Shown: positions 9,910-17,702 of the stretch, in pieces
Numbering within the stretch: the stretch's first letter is position 1
Layout: every line of letters starts with the position of its first letter
Source of the DNA: Candidatus Omnitrophota bacterium
GTDB taxonomy: Bacteria; Omnitrophota; Gorgyraeia; Gygaellales; Profunditerraquicolaceae
Assembly (NCBI GenBank): GCA_026387335.1
Contig: JAPLLX010000005.1
Coordinates: forward strand, 1-59,531
Direction of reading: 5' to 3'
DNA: 59,531 nucleotides
Notes under the pieces: generated by a model
The model's database searches: none
What the model was told of the DNA's origin: nothing
What the model saw: the letters and a program-made list of their open reading frames with translations, nothing else
Made by a program: the position numbers and the translations under genes

Positions 9910-10126
9910 GGAAATCAAACTCCCCGATACGCTCTCTCAACGAACTACTTTCAGCGATGAGTTTACCTTTGAGATTCTCCGAACAGCACACGGTCAAAAG
10001 CGTCTGCTTTTGAAACCACTTTATTATGCCCCAGAAGAACTCCGGAAGGACATAAAAGACCGTATTCCGACTGTTTACCTCAAGAGGTTGTTTCCTTTAT
10101 CTTAACTATTTCAACAACCTAACTCA

Positions 10127-10495
10127 TCAAGTTGGAACTTGAAATTCCTTTTCTTCCAACCGTTCTCTAATTGATGGTACTATTTTATATGTTGGGTCGT
10201 GGCGCCCAAATGTAAGAAAAATCACGGAATTATCAGGTATTGTGCCACACTGTAAACAGTTATTTGTCTCTTGATGCTGCAATCGCCTACATTCCTCACA
10301 AACAACATAAATAATGATAAAATTATCCGCGAATGGGAGGCTTCTCAAGCCATTAAGATTACCTTTTAGGGGTTCACCCAACTCAATGGGGCTTTTGATA
10401 ATATAATCTTTCTTTTTCTTAAATCTTTCTTTTAAGTGCGGATAAGTCTCGAGGCAGGTTTTGATATGCGGGTGATACCGTGCGATATAAACCAC
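10127..10495 (-). CDS. RelE/ParE-superfamily toxin-like protein with an inserted CxxC...CxxC element
   Basis: GEPLKGNLNGLRSLPFADNFIIIY ... VIFLTFGRHDPTY follows the RelE/ParE pattern. A roughly 20-aa insert, CEECRRLQHQETNNCLQCG, sits between the strands. Confidence 0.5.
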   Translation of the reverse strand: MVYIARYHPHIKTCLETYPHLKERFKKKKDYIIKSPIELGEPLKGNLNGLRSLPFADNFIIIYVVCEECRRLQHQETNNCLQCGTIPDNSVIFLTFGRHDPTYKIVPSIRERLEEKEFQVPT

Positions 10496-10497
10496 AA

Positions 10498-10707
10498 TTA
10501 CTCTCCAAAAATATCCTTATCGTTCAATAATTTTACGTCGTTCAAGGTTGTTCTTGCAAATATAATACCTTCTAATAGCTCTGGCGATAAATTTATTGCT
10601 TCGGTAAGGTCGATTTTATATTCGTTAAAATGATATTTTCCAAATTGGTCGTTGCATTGCGCCCAAGTGTTAAATCCTAAATTCTGTGCTCCTAATATCA
10701 TCTCCAT
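10498..10707 (-). CDS. Putative cognate antitoxin (no recognisable family)
   Basis: A 69-aa ORF that ends 2 nt before the toxin-like gene starts, which is the typical type II TA arrangement. Confidence 0.35.
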   Translation of the reverse strand: MEMILGAQNLGFNTWAQCNDQFGKYHFNEYKIDLTEAINLSPELLEGIIFARTTLNDVKLLNDKDIFGE

Positions 10708-10722
10708 ACTCCGACCTCCTTA

Positions 10723-11406
10723 TTATAAAGAATTATATTGCTCTAAAAATGCGCTTATGTTTTCTCTTAAAAACTTATAAGTCTTGTCTACCTCTTCCTT
10801 AACTTTATTCACATAGTCGCCTTGTAGTTGTAAAGGAACGAGGAAACGCGCCTGATTCTCCAAGAATATCCTACCAGTATCTTGTAACAAAGATTCCACG
10901 CGTATATTATATTCATTCTGTTCAGTTTGTATCGCAGGAATAAAAAATCTCATACCAATTCCAAGAATTGGTCTGCCAAAAGGCTTCAGTTTCGCCTCAT
11001 CTAACGCACAAACCCTATTTCCCAAAAAAATCCTTGAATCCTTTTCTTTTAATGGAGAGGCTGTAAAACGTATTGTATATTGACGATAGAAAAAAAGCGG
11101 TATATTCAGTATGGTAACAGCTTTTTTTATGTCATCGCTTGCGATTTTCCAGAAACTGTCTAATGTAGCTGATGTAAATTCATTAAGTATAATAATTTTG
11201 TCTCTTGCTATGACTAACTTTTTCACTTCTTGGCTATTTCTGTCTATATGTGATAGCTCTGTTACGTTATCAGCTGGTCTGGTATAGTTAGCATAAGTAT
11301 CTTTGAGTTCCGTAAACAGTTTCTGGGTATTGTCAACAGAGTGGTTCATAGGAGGATTTAAAAATTCAAGAATAAAGGATTGGGGGGTAATTGATGATGT
11401 ATTCAT
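10723..11406 (-). CDS. Hypothetical protein
   Basis: Long ORF (227 aa) with no competing frame. No family recognised. Confidence 0.5.
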   Translation of the reverse strand: MNTSSITPQSFILEFLNPPMNHSVDNTQKLFTELKDTYANYTRPADNVTELSHIDRNSQEVKKLVIARDKIIILNEFTSATLDSFWKIASDDIKKAVTILNIPLFFYRQYTIRFTASPLKEKDSRIFLGNRVCALDEAKLKPFGRPILGIGMRFFIPAIQTEQNEYNIRVESLLQDTGRIFLENQARFLVPLQLQGDYVNKVKEEVDKTYKFLRENISAFLEQYNSL

Positions 11407-11546
11407 TTTTAACCTCGCATTTTCTTATTATTAACAACGCGTTGCTTCTATAATGTTATGGTTTGCGATAATTACAGCTTAATTCGCTTATTTGTAATTA
11501 TAGCACATTTTTTATCCATTACAATCCAGAAATCTTGTCGCGACCT

Positions 11547-11855
11547 CTATACCAACAGTGGCGGAAGTCCCACGCCTTGCTCTTGCGCTTTCTGTCTAAT
11601 ATCAAGCAGATGCTTTTTATCAACTGCTTTCTGATATTGTCTCTTATAATATAGCCCTCCCGTAGATAAATTCAGCCTTAATCCGCTTTCGAGGTTTATG
11701 GCGTGCGGTTTTGACGGAAAATCATCTGGGTCAGTTTTATGAATACGCCAAACGCAACCATCGTTTTTGATAGTGCGCTCGTTGAGAGACCTCATACATC
11801 TATCGGGAATAGGGGAATACCCTAAATCTATTTCTACGATATTTTCATCAGTCAT
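11547..11855 (-). CDS. Hypothetical protein
   Basis: 102-aa ORF with GGCAGGGAAAA upstream. No family recognised. Confidence 0.4.
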   Translation of the reverse strand: MTDENIVEIDLGYSPIPDRCMRSLNERTIKNDGCVWRIHKTDPDDFPSKPHAINLESGLRLNLSTGGLYYKRQYQKAVDKKHLLDIRQKAQEQGVGLPPLLV

Positions 11856-11867
11856 ATTTTCCCTGCC

Positions 11868-12167
11868 TTAATCGCGAATAATTGTTAGCGTGAAGGAATG
11901 AATTTTTCCGATAGGTTCCCTATAATAGAAATCTTCTTTCCTTCTCTTTCCCTTCAGGATATCTATTTCTGAAATAGAAGAAGCAATGGTGCACGATGTA
12001 ACGGACTTATCTTCTAACATCCTTTGAAAAACTTCACCCAACCACTCACGCACGTTTTGAAATAACCTTGCTTTGTATTGTATAAGCCTTACAACTCCTT
12101 CGGCTATGATGTCGACTATTTTGCCGAACCTTTCCTTTGTGCTATATTCTAAATTCAGCGTCTTCAT
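11868..12167 (-). CDS. Hypothetical protein
   Basis: 99-aa ORF that overlaps the end of the upstream gene by 26 nt. Confidence 0.35.
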   Translation of the reverse strand: MKTLNLEYSTKERFGKIVDIIAEGVVRLIQYKARLFQNVREWLGEVFQRMLEDKSVTSCTIASSISEIDILKGKRRKEDFYYREPIGKIHSFTLTIIRD

Positions 12168-13017
12168 TATAATTTCCTCCTAATCCTTGCCCGTGCTTTA
12201 ATATCATCCTGACCCGCATATCATTTGCGAGCCTGCTAAAAATACGTTTCCTTTGCTCCAAATCGCCGACCTCAAATTTGACTATCTCAATGAGGCTGAT
12301 TATCGTTTCGCGCGCTTCCTTAACCTTAACATCAATATCAACCCCTTCAGCCAGAAGCAACTTCGTAGTATCAGCGGAGGTTAAACCAAATTTATCGTAT
12401 ATATTTAACAATTGCTGCGCTTCGCATCGAAGCTGAATAAGAATGTCGCATTGAATATCAATAATCGCACACGTTTCTCGCGATGCTTCCTTTAAGGCTT
12501 CTGTTTTTATGCGCGCATTCGGATTCTTTTGTAGCCTAATATAAGTTCTCTCTAAAATCGCCCCCAATATCTGCAATGACCTGTTCAGATAATCGTATTT
12601 ATGCCAGAGGAGTCGTATTCTGGTATCAACCTGCGCCGTCAAATCAACCAATAACCCAAGAGCCAACTTATTTAATCTTATGTCCTGTTTGATGCCTTGC
12701 AATAGCTCCTGTTTATAGCTACTCAAGTCCTTATGGACTTGGGATTTTGAAATACCGAGCTTTTCTGCTATCTCGCGGATACTATCTCGCTTGGCAAAGT
12801 ATAAAGTGATTTCTTCTTTAATTCTTACTACGCGCCTTTTAGCGATGCCATTTAAGTGCGTATTAAAATCATCCTCGGTCATAGAAACCTCAACCGGCAT
12901 ATTTATTTCAGGAGAAAAATTGGTATCTATGAAAACTTCGGGGAGGAAATTAACATCAATATGAAGACCTTCTTCGTCTTTATAGCTTGTTTGAATCGTT
13001 TTGTCCACTTTGTCCAC
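12142..13017 (-). CDS. Helix-turn-helix DNA-binding protein (sigma-70 region 4 / terminase-small-subunit-like HTH)
   Basis: HTH segment IREIAEKLGISKSQVHKDLS. The rest is predicted helical. No catalytic motif recognised. Confidence 0.5.
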   Translation of the reverse strand: MDKVDKTIQTSYKDEEGLHIDVNFLPEVFIDTNFSPEINMPVEVSMTEDDFNTHLNGIAKRRVVRIKEEITLYFAKRDSIREIAEKLGISKSQVHKDLSSYKQELLQGIKQDIRLNKLALGLLVDLTAQVDTRIRLLWHKYDYLNRSLQILGAILERTYIRLQKNPNARIKTEALKEASRETCAIIDIQCDILIQLRCEAQQLLNIYDKFGLTSADTTKLLLAEGVDIDVKVKEARETIISLIEIVKFEVGDLEQRKRIFSRLANDMRVRMILKHGQGLGGNYNEDAEFRI

Positions 13018-13105
13018 CCCCCGAACGACGCTTTTTACCTTAATTTTGCGCCTTTTTTATGCTTAAAACGGCGACCTTACGACGCTTTTTATGTATAATG
13101 CGTCG

Positions 13106-13675
13106 TTACACTGACAACAATTCTGAAGCCTGCTGCATCTGTTCTTTATTGACGTGAGTATAAATTTGCGTTGTAGATATATCTGAATGCCCAAGAAACG
13201 TCTGAACCAATCGAAGATTGTTGGTCTTGTTAAGCAGTTTTGTGGCTACTGTGTGCCTTAAGCAATGGGGCGAATAATGCCCTTCAATGCCTGCTTCTTT
13301 GACCCATTTATCAAAATCGCGTTCGATTGCCCGCCTGCTAATACGATTTCCCTTCCTACTAATAAAAAGAGGCGCATCCGGAGCCAAGCTTTCACTACGC
13401 CTTGCTTTCCAGCGTAAGAAAGTCTCGATATGGTCTCTGATTGATTTGTTAAGTGGAATCTCTCGAATTTTTGAGCCTTTCCCAATTATTTCAAGCGCGC
13501 TTTTTCCTTGAACATCGCCAACGTTAAGACCCGCTAATTCTTTTAAGCGCAATGCAGTATTAAGTGCAAGATTAAACATTGTATTGGAGCGTTCGGCATC
13601 CTTCCTCAAGCGAAGGGTCTTTTTAAAAATCACTTCTTGGTCAGACGTAAGGTACTTAAAGCCTTGCCTATGCAT
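13106..13675 (-). CDS. Tyrosine recombinase/integrase, catalytic domain only
   Basis: Catalytic residues in order: ALNTALRLKEL (Arg), HCLRHTVAT (HxxR), LGHSDISTTQIYTHV (His...Tyr). At 189 aa it lacks an N-terminal core-binding domain. Confidence 0.8.
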   Translation of the reverse strand: MHRQGFKYLTSDQEVIFKKTLRLRKDAERSNTMFNLALNTALRLKELAGLNVGDVQGKSALEIIGKGSKIREIPLNKSIRDHIETFLRWKARRSESLAPDAPLFISRKGNRISRRAIERDFDKWVKEAGIEGHYSPHCLRHTVATKLLNKTNNLRLVQTFLGHSDISTTQIYTHVNKEQMQQASELLSV

Positions 13676-14261
13676 TTTTTAATGCCTTCTTTATGAACCT
13701 CGATAATTCTTTTTGCTCCTGAAGCTGTTCCAGTTCATCAAGTTTTCTTCTGAATTCAGCTAACGCCTCTCTGGTTATATTCTCTAATTTACTTGCATCT
13801 TTCTTAAATTCAGTCTTAACCTTCTGTATTTTGGTCGCTATATCCGGCTGTTTATCATTAGATTTGATATTAAAAGCGGGATGATTACCTGCCTTCAAAC
13901 TTGATGCGATAAAGCTGGAAACCTGCTTTTCTACATTGAGCTGCATCTCGATTTGCTTTTTAAGTGAATGTGTTTCGGCAAAGACCCTTTGCGTATCTTC
14001 TTTAAGCTTTTCCTTAATCTCCGCGAACGTGGCTCCTTTATCCTTTTCTTTGAGAATCCGTTGCAGATGCCTTACGGCGCATTCTAAATAAAGAGCGATT
14101 ATTCCTTTTCCTTTGCTTGTTTTTATTGGAGGAGGGATAAGATGTAAAGTATCGCGGAGGTAAGCGAACATCTTTTTGCTTAATTTCCCTCCGAGTGCTT
14201 CGAGAAATTCGGAGATAGTGTAGGGTTTTGTTTTGAGATTAGCAAGGATTCTATTTAGCAT
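13668..14261 (-). CDS. MerR-like HTH / coiled-coil protein overlapping the recombinase start
   Basis: N-terminal YTISEFLEALGGKLSKKMFAYLRDTLHLIPPP...GIIALY resembles a MerR-type HTH. The C-terminal half is coiled-coil-like. The gene junction is the 8-nt overlap ATGCATAG. Confidence 0.5.
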   Translation of the reverse strand: MLNRILANLKTKPYTISEFLEALGGKLSKKMFAYLRDTLHLIPPPIKTSKGKGIIALYLECAVRHLQRILKEKDKGATFAEIKEKLKEDTQRVFAETHSLKKQIEMQLNVEKQVSSFIASSLKAGNHPAFNIKSNDKQPDIATKIQKVKTEFKKDASKLENITREALAEFRRKLDELEQLQEQKELSRFIKKALKNA

Positions 14262-14353
14262 TTGCCCATAGTATAAACTATGGATAATAAAATGTCAAGT
14301 AAATATTTGGCTTAATTGGGTTGCGGAAAGAACAGTTAATTTTGTGGCAATAT

Positions 14354-14782
14354 CTATGTTTTGAAAAATTTCTTATCACGGACTACGATTCTCTTTTGAC
14401 AAGTCGGACAATTTACTCCGCCCTCTTTTGAAATCAAACTGATTACTTTAGTATTACAGTAAGGACAATCACCTTCAATGCTCGCCGACCCAAAAAATGG
14501 AGACAAAAAAAGCGCTAATATCCCTGTAAGAATAACAATAATACCAATTGGCGCCAATATTCCTGTTAAACATAAAATCACTCCTATAGTAAAAGAGAAA
14601 CTACAGTAAGCTATCCCAGTACCAAAAGCTAAAGCCATTCCCTTCCCTTTGATGTCTTTGGTATCCGTGGATTTTTTATTTATCTCTGCTTCGTTCTTTT
14701 CTTGCTTAATAAATTCCCCACAATGTTTACATTTAATAGCTTCAGGTTGTATTTCTTCGGCACAATATGGACATTTTTTCAT
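14354..14782 (-). CDS. Zinc-ribbon membrane protein
   Basis: N-terminal CPYC...CKHC ribbon, two TM helices, and a C-terminal CPYC...CPTC ribbon. Confidence 0.6.
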   Translation of the reverse strand: MKKCPYCAEEIQPEAIKCKHCGEFIKQEKNEAEINKKSTDTKDIKGKGMALAFGTGIAYCSFSFTIGVILCLTGILAPIGIIVILTGILALFLSPFFGSASIEGDCPYCNTKVISLISKEGGVNCPTCQKRIVVRDKKFFKT

Positions 14783-14800
14783 AACGCGCTCCTTTTATGT

Positions 14801-15628
14801 CTATATTTTATAAGTAGCTTTTACCACAAATGCTATTTCATCAATAAAACGACCCTGTAGGTCAATAGAGAGTGCTTTTATCGGAGTTACAGCACAACCA
14901 ACAAATATTCCAACTGTAGTATTAGCATAGTTAGTGCTGTCTATACTAGATTCTCTGAAATCAGAATATTTAACACCAAGATAAGGCATAAAATACTTGA
15001 ATCTCTTGGCTGCACCAAGAGCAACCTGCCATTCCTGCCAATCAACCAGAAATTTTGGCACTGCAGAAGAACCACCACCATAATAATAATAACCACCTTC
15101 ATAAGGAGAAGGCGAAGACGACTGAAAATTACTATTGTAGTCAATATTGTTTACTGCTCTATATTTCCCATCAGCAAAAAATTTAATACCGTAATTCTTC
15201 CATTCATAAATTGGCACACTTAATCCTACACCCCAAGTAAGCTTATCTTTCGGTTTGACACTATAATCTTCCTCGCTTTCATATCCTAAATTCTGCGCTT
15301 TTCCGAAAATCCCATAAATATCAAATTTGTTAATAATTGTTAGAATTATCTTGCTGGTATAAAATTGACCTTTTACCTTTGCAGTGCCACCACCCCAGTA
15401 ATCTGCTAAATCTAACTTTCTTGAACTTAAAAAGTCTGCTTCGGCAGCTATTGATAATCCTATGCCTAATTTTTTATCATTAAAGATATTCCCTTCCAGA
15501 CCCTGAATTTCTGTAGGCACATCCACAGGGGCAGCATAAAGAAATCCAACTATAAAGCACCCACTCATCAATGTTAGTATAACGATTAGATAGATTGGTT
15601 TTTTAATATCAGTACCCTCCTTTAGCAC
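14801..15628 (-). CDS. Outer-membrane beta-barrel protein (porin/OmpA-TM-like); start uncertain
   Basis: Signal peptide with LMSGC. Alternating aromatic/Gly beta-strand pattern with a Gly/Tyr-rich loop. The track start is GTG, and a strong AAGGAGG lies inside the first codons, so the true start may be a few codons downstream. Confidence 0.6.
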   Translation of the reverse strand: MLKEGTDIKKPIYLIVILTLMSGCFIVGFLYAAPVDVPTEIQGLEGNIFNDKKLGIGLSIAAEADFLSSRKLDLADYWGGGTAKVKGQFYTSKIILTIINKFDIYGIFGKAQNLGYESEEDYSVKPKDKLTWGVGLSVPIYEWKNYGIKFFADGKYRAVNNIDYNSNFQSSSPSPYEGGYYYYGGGSSAVPKFLVDWQEWQVALGAAKRFKYFMPYLGVKYSDFRESSIDSTNYANTTVGIFVGCAVTPIKALSIDLQGRFIDEIAFVVKATYKI

Positions 15629-15680
15629 CTAATCGCCTGCCCCTAAAAACAAAAGGGGCAAGCATTTTTAATTCTCCCGC

Positions 15681-15762
15681 CCAACTTGCAAGTAAAAGCG
15701 AAAGACCGCTCGCCCCGAAGCGCTATGCGCTTGGGACACAGTCTTTTCCTCTTGCAAGTTGG
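15681..15762. repeat. 82-bp imperfect palindrome in the divergent intergenic region
   Basis: Perfect 12-bp outer arms CCAACTTGCAAG (15681-15692) and CTTGCAAGTTGG (15751-15762). Further partial inner complementarity: GAAAGAC/GTCTTTTC and CCGAAGCGC/GCGCTTGGG. Confidence 0.7.
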
Positions 15763-15985
15763 TTTATAAATCAGGAAAATCTATGTTCCTATATAAAATT
15801 TATTATTTATGCTATATTGAAAACCCTCCTTCTTAATTTTACTCTTCATTTAATTGCTTTTCGGTTAAGATACCCCATTAAATCTTTTTTCTCAAATCTT
15901 CGCCTCCTATACGCCTCCTATGCAGTGTTGTCTTTGATTATACTTTGCTATATAATGAAAGTCAAATAAATCAAGGAGGCTAACT

Positions 15986-17647
15986 ATGTTTCTTTCTGAT
16001 ACAAATGCAAAGAAAAATATGATTTGCGCTATTTATACGCGACTATCTCACCAAGAAAAAAGCGAGATTTCTGAACACGATTCCATCGAGGGACAGAAAA
16101 AATTCTGTGAAAAATATATTGAGTTTCAGAAGGAAAATGGCTGGAAAATCTATCCCGAAGAATATGATGACCGGAACCAGTCGGGCGGGAATCTAAAGCG
16201 CCCCGCCCTAAAGAGACTCCTATCTGATGCAAGACAAGGGAAATTTAATATAATTATAGTAAAAAACATTGACAGACTAACCAGAAGCCTCAAAGATTTC
16301 TATGAACTTTGGCAAATTTTTGAAGAAAACGGGATTGAGCTGGCATCTGCAAAACAAGATTTTAACACAACAACTTCCACCGGAAGACTTCATCTCGATA
16401 TAGTTTTAAGATTCGCTCAATTTGAACGAGAATTAGCCAGCGAAAGAACTAAAGACAGTATGAGAATCAGGGCTGAAGGAGGGCTATTTCACGGCGGTCA
16501 TATTCCTTTGGGTTATGGGTTGCATCCCACTGAAAAGGGCAACCTAAAAATCATTCAGAAAGAAGCGATGTTAGTCAGATATATCTTTAATAAATATATT
16601 GAACTGCGGTCTGCAAACCAACTGGCTAAACACCTCAACAAAAAGGGATATTACACTAAAGAATGGCTAACAAAAGAAGAGAAGAAAAAAGGCGGGAATA
16701 AATTCACTGAAGGCATAGTGCTAAATCTGCTAAAGAATTCTGTTTATATAGCCAAAACGGAGGTTGAAAAGGGCAAGAACGAAAAGGAACTGCATCAGGC
16801 TAAATGGAAACCCATAATAAGTGAGAATATATTTAGTAGAGTTCAACGGATAATAAAAAACAATGCTCAAACAAAAGGCTCAATAAGTGAAAATAAATAT
16901 AACTTGCTGCTAACCGGATTGATATGGTGCGACAACTGCAAATCGCAAATGACCGCTAATTATTCTTTAAAGAAAAGGGTGCCTTATCTTTATTATAAAT
17001 GCACTAAAGTTGACCATTCGGATAAAAATGCCTGTCGAATTAGAAGCACCCCCGCCAGAGAATTAGAGAACCTTGTTATAAATAGAATCAAATTCATATC
17101 TACGCACAAGAATTTAATCGAGGCTTTTGTTAAGACTGCGATGAATAAATCAAAAAATAGGTTACCGATTCTTCGCGAAGAAAAAACAGAAATTATGAGC
17201 AGACTTGCTAAAAATATAAATCTGGCAGAGCCTTTAATGGAATCTCTGCAACAAAAACCCTTCTCTCTTATCAAAGATAAGCTGGGAAAACTCGACGAAG
17301 AAAAAGTCCTTTTGGACAACAGGCTCCAAGAACTTAATAACGAAATTGATAGAGAAAAACTAAAAGTGCTTAATCCAGACCTAATCACCCAGAACCTAAA
17401 ACTGTTTAGGGATATTTTCGACCAACTCCCCTTTGAAAAGCAAAGAGACCTTTTACATCTTCTCATCAAGGAAATCATCTATCACGAAGACCCTGAAAAG
17501 ATTAAAATCACTCTTTACGACGTCCCCGAAATAAAAATGCCACCCGTAAAACCCAAAAATGGCGGTTCAGGTGGCATTTCCTCTCGGTTTGATAAGAGGA
17601 TGTATTGGCTCCCCCTCGAGGACTCGAACCTCGGACAAAGAGATTAA
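15986..17647 (+). CDS. Large serine recombinase (resolvase/invertase N-terminal domain, recombinase domain and zinc ribbon)
   Basis: N-terminal ICAIYTRLSHQE (catalytic Ser context), YDDRNQSGGNLKRPALKRLL, IIIVKNIDRLTRS, and a zinc-ribbon CDNCKS...YYKCTK. AAGGAGG lies upstream. The last 42 nt run antisense through tRNA-Asn. Confidence 0.85.
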   Translation: MFLSDTNAKKNMICAIYTRLSHQEKSEISEHDSIEGQKKFCEKYIEFQKENGWKIYPEEYDDRNQSGGNLKRPALKRLLSDARQGKFNIIIVKNIDRLTRSLKDFYELWQIFEENGIELASAKQDFNTTTSTGRLHLDIVLRFAQFERELASERTKDSMRIRAEGGLFHGGHIPLGYGLHPTEKGNLKIIQKEAMLVRYIFNKYIELRSANQLAKHLNKKGYYTKEWLTKEEKKKGGNKFTEGIVLNLLKNSVYIAKTEVEKGKNEKELHQAKWKPIISENIFSRVQRIIKNNAQTKGSISENKYNLLLTGLIWCDNCKSQMTANYSLKKRVPYLYYKCTKVDHSDKNACRIRSTPARELENLVINRIKFISTHKNLIEAFVKTAMNKSKNRLPILREEKTEIMSRLAKNINLAEPLMESLQQKPFSLIKDKLGKLDEEKVLLDNRLQELNNEIDREKLKVLNPDLITQNLKLFRDIFDQLPFEKQRDLLHLLIKEIIYHEDPEKIKITLYDVPEIKMPPVKPKNGGSGGISSRFDKRMYWLPLEDSNLGQRD

Positions 17648-17681
17648 CAGTCTCCTGCTCTACCAACTGAGCTAAGGGGGA
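17606..17681 (-). tRNA. tRNA-Asn (anticodon GTT), CCA encoded
   Basis: Hand-folded cloverleaf: acceptor TCCCCCT/AGGGGGA, D arm GCTC..GAGC, anticodon loop CTGTTAA, T arm CGAGG-TTCGAGT-CCTCG, discriminator G followed by CCA. Confidence 0.9.
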
Positions 17682-17702
17682 ATAGTGGAAAGTATTTTAA
17701 CA

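Larger units (their letters stand above)
9910..17647. mobile_element. Putative integrative island at tRNA-Asn(GTT); left border not defined
   Basis: Contains a large serine recombinase abutting or overlapping the tRNA, a tyrosine recombinase, a toxin-antitoxin-like pair and orphan genes. It looks more AT-rich than the flanks by eye. I found no tRNA-derived direct repeat at the left side. Confidence 0.5.

Noticed and set aside
9840-15985. Search for a direct repeat of the tRNA-Asn 3' end that would mark the far border of the island
   Set aside because: Only very weak resemblances were seen by eye (for example ctcccc...cgaac near 9930, and gtcgcgacctc near 11540). None is convincing, so no att repeat is claimed.
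16993-17478. 161-aa minus-strand ORF inside the serine recombinase gene
   Set aside because: It is an antisense shadow ORF with Ser/Leu/Phe-rich composition. The plus-strand frame has clear recombinase motifs.
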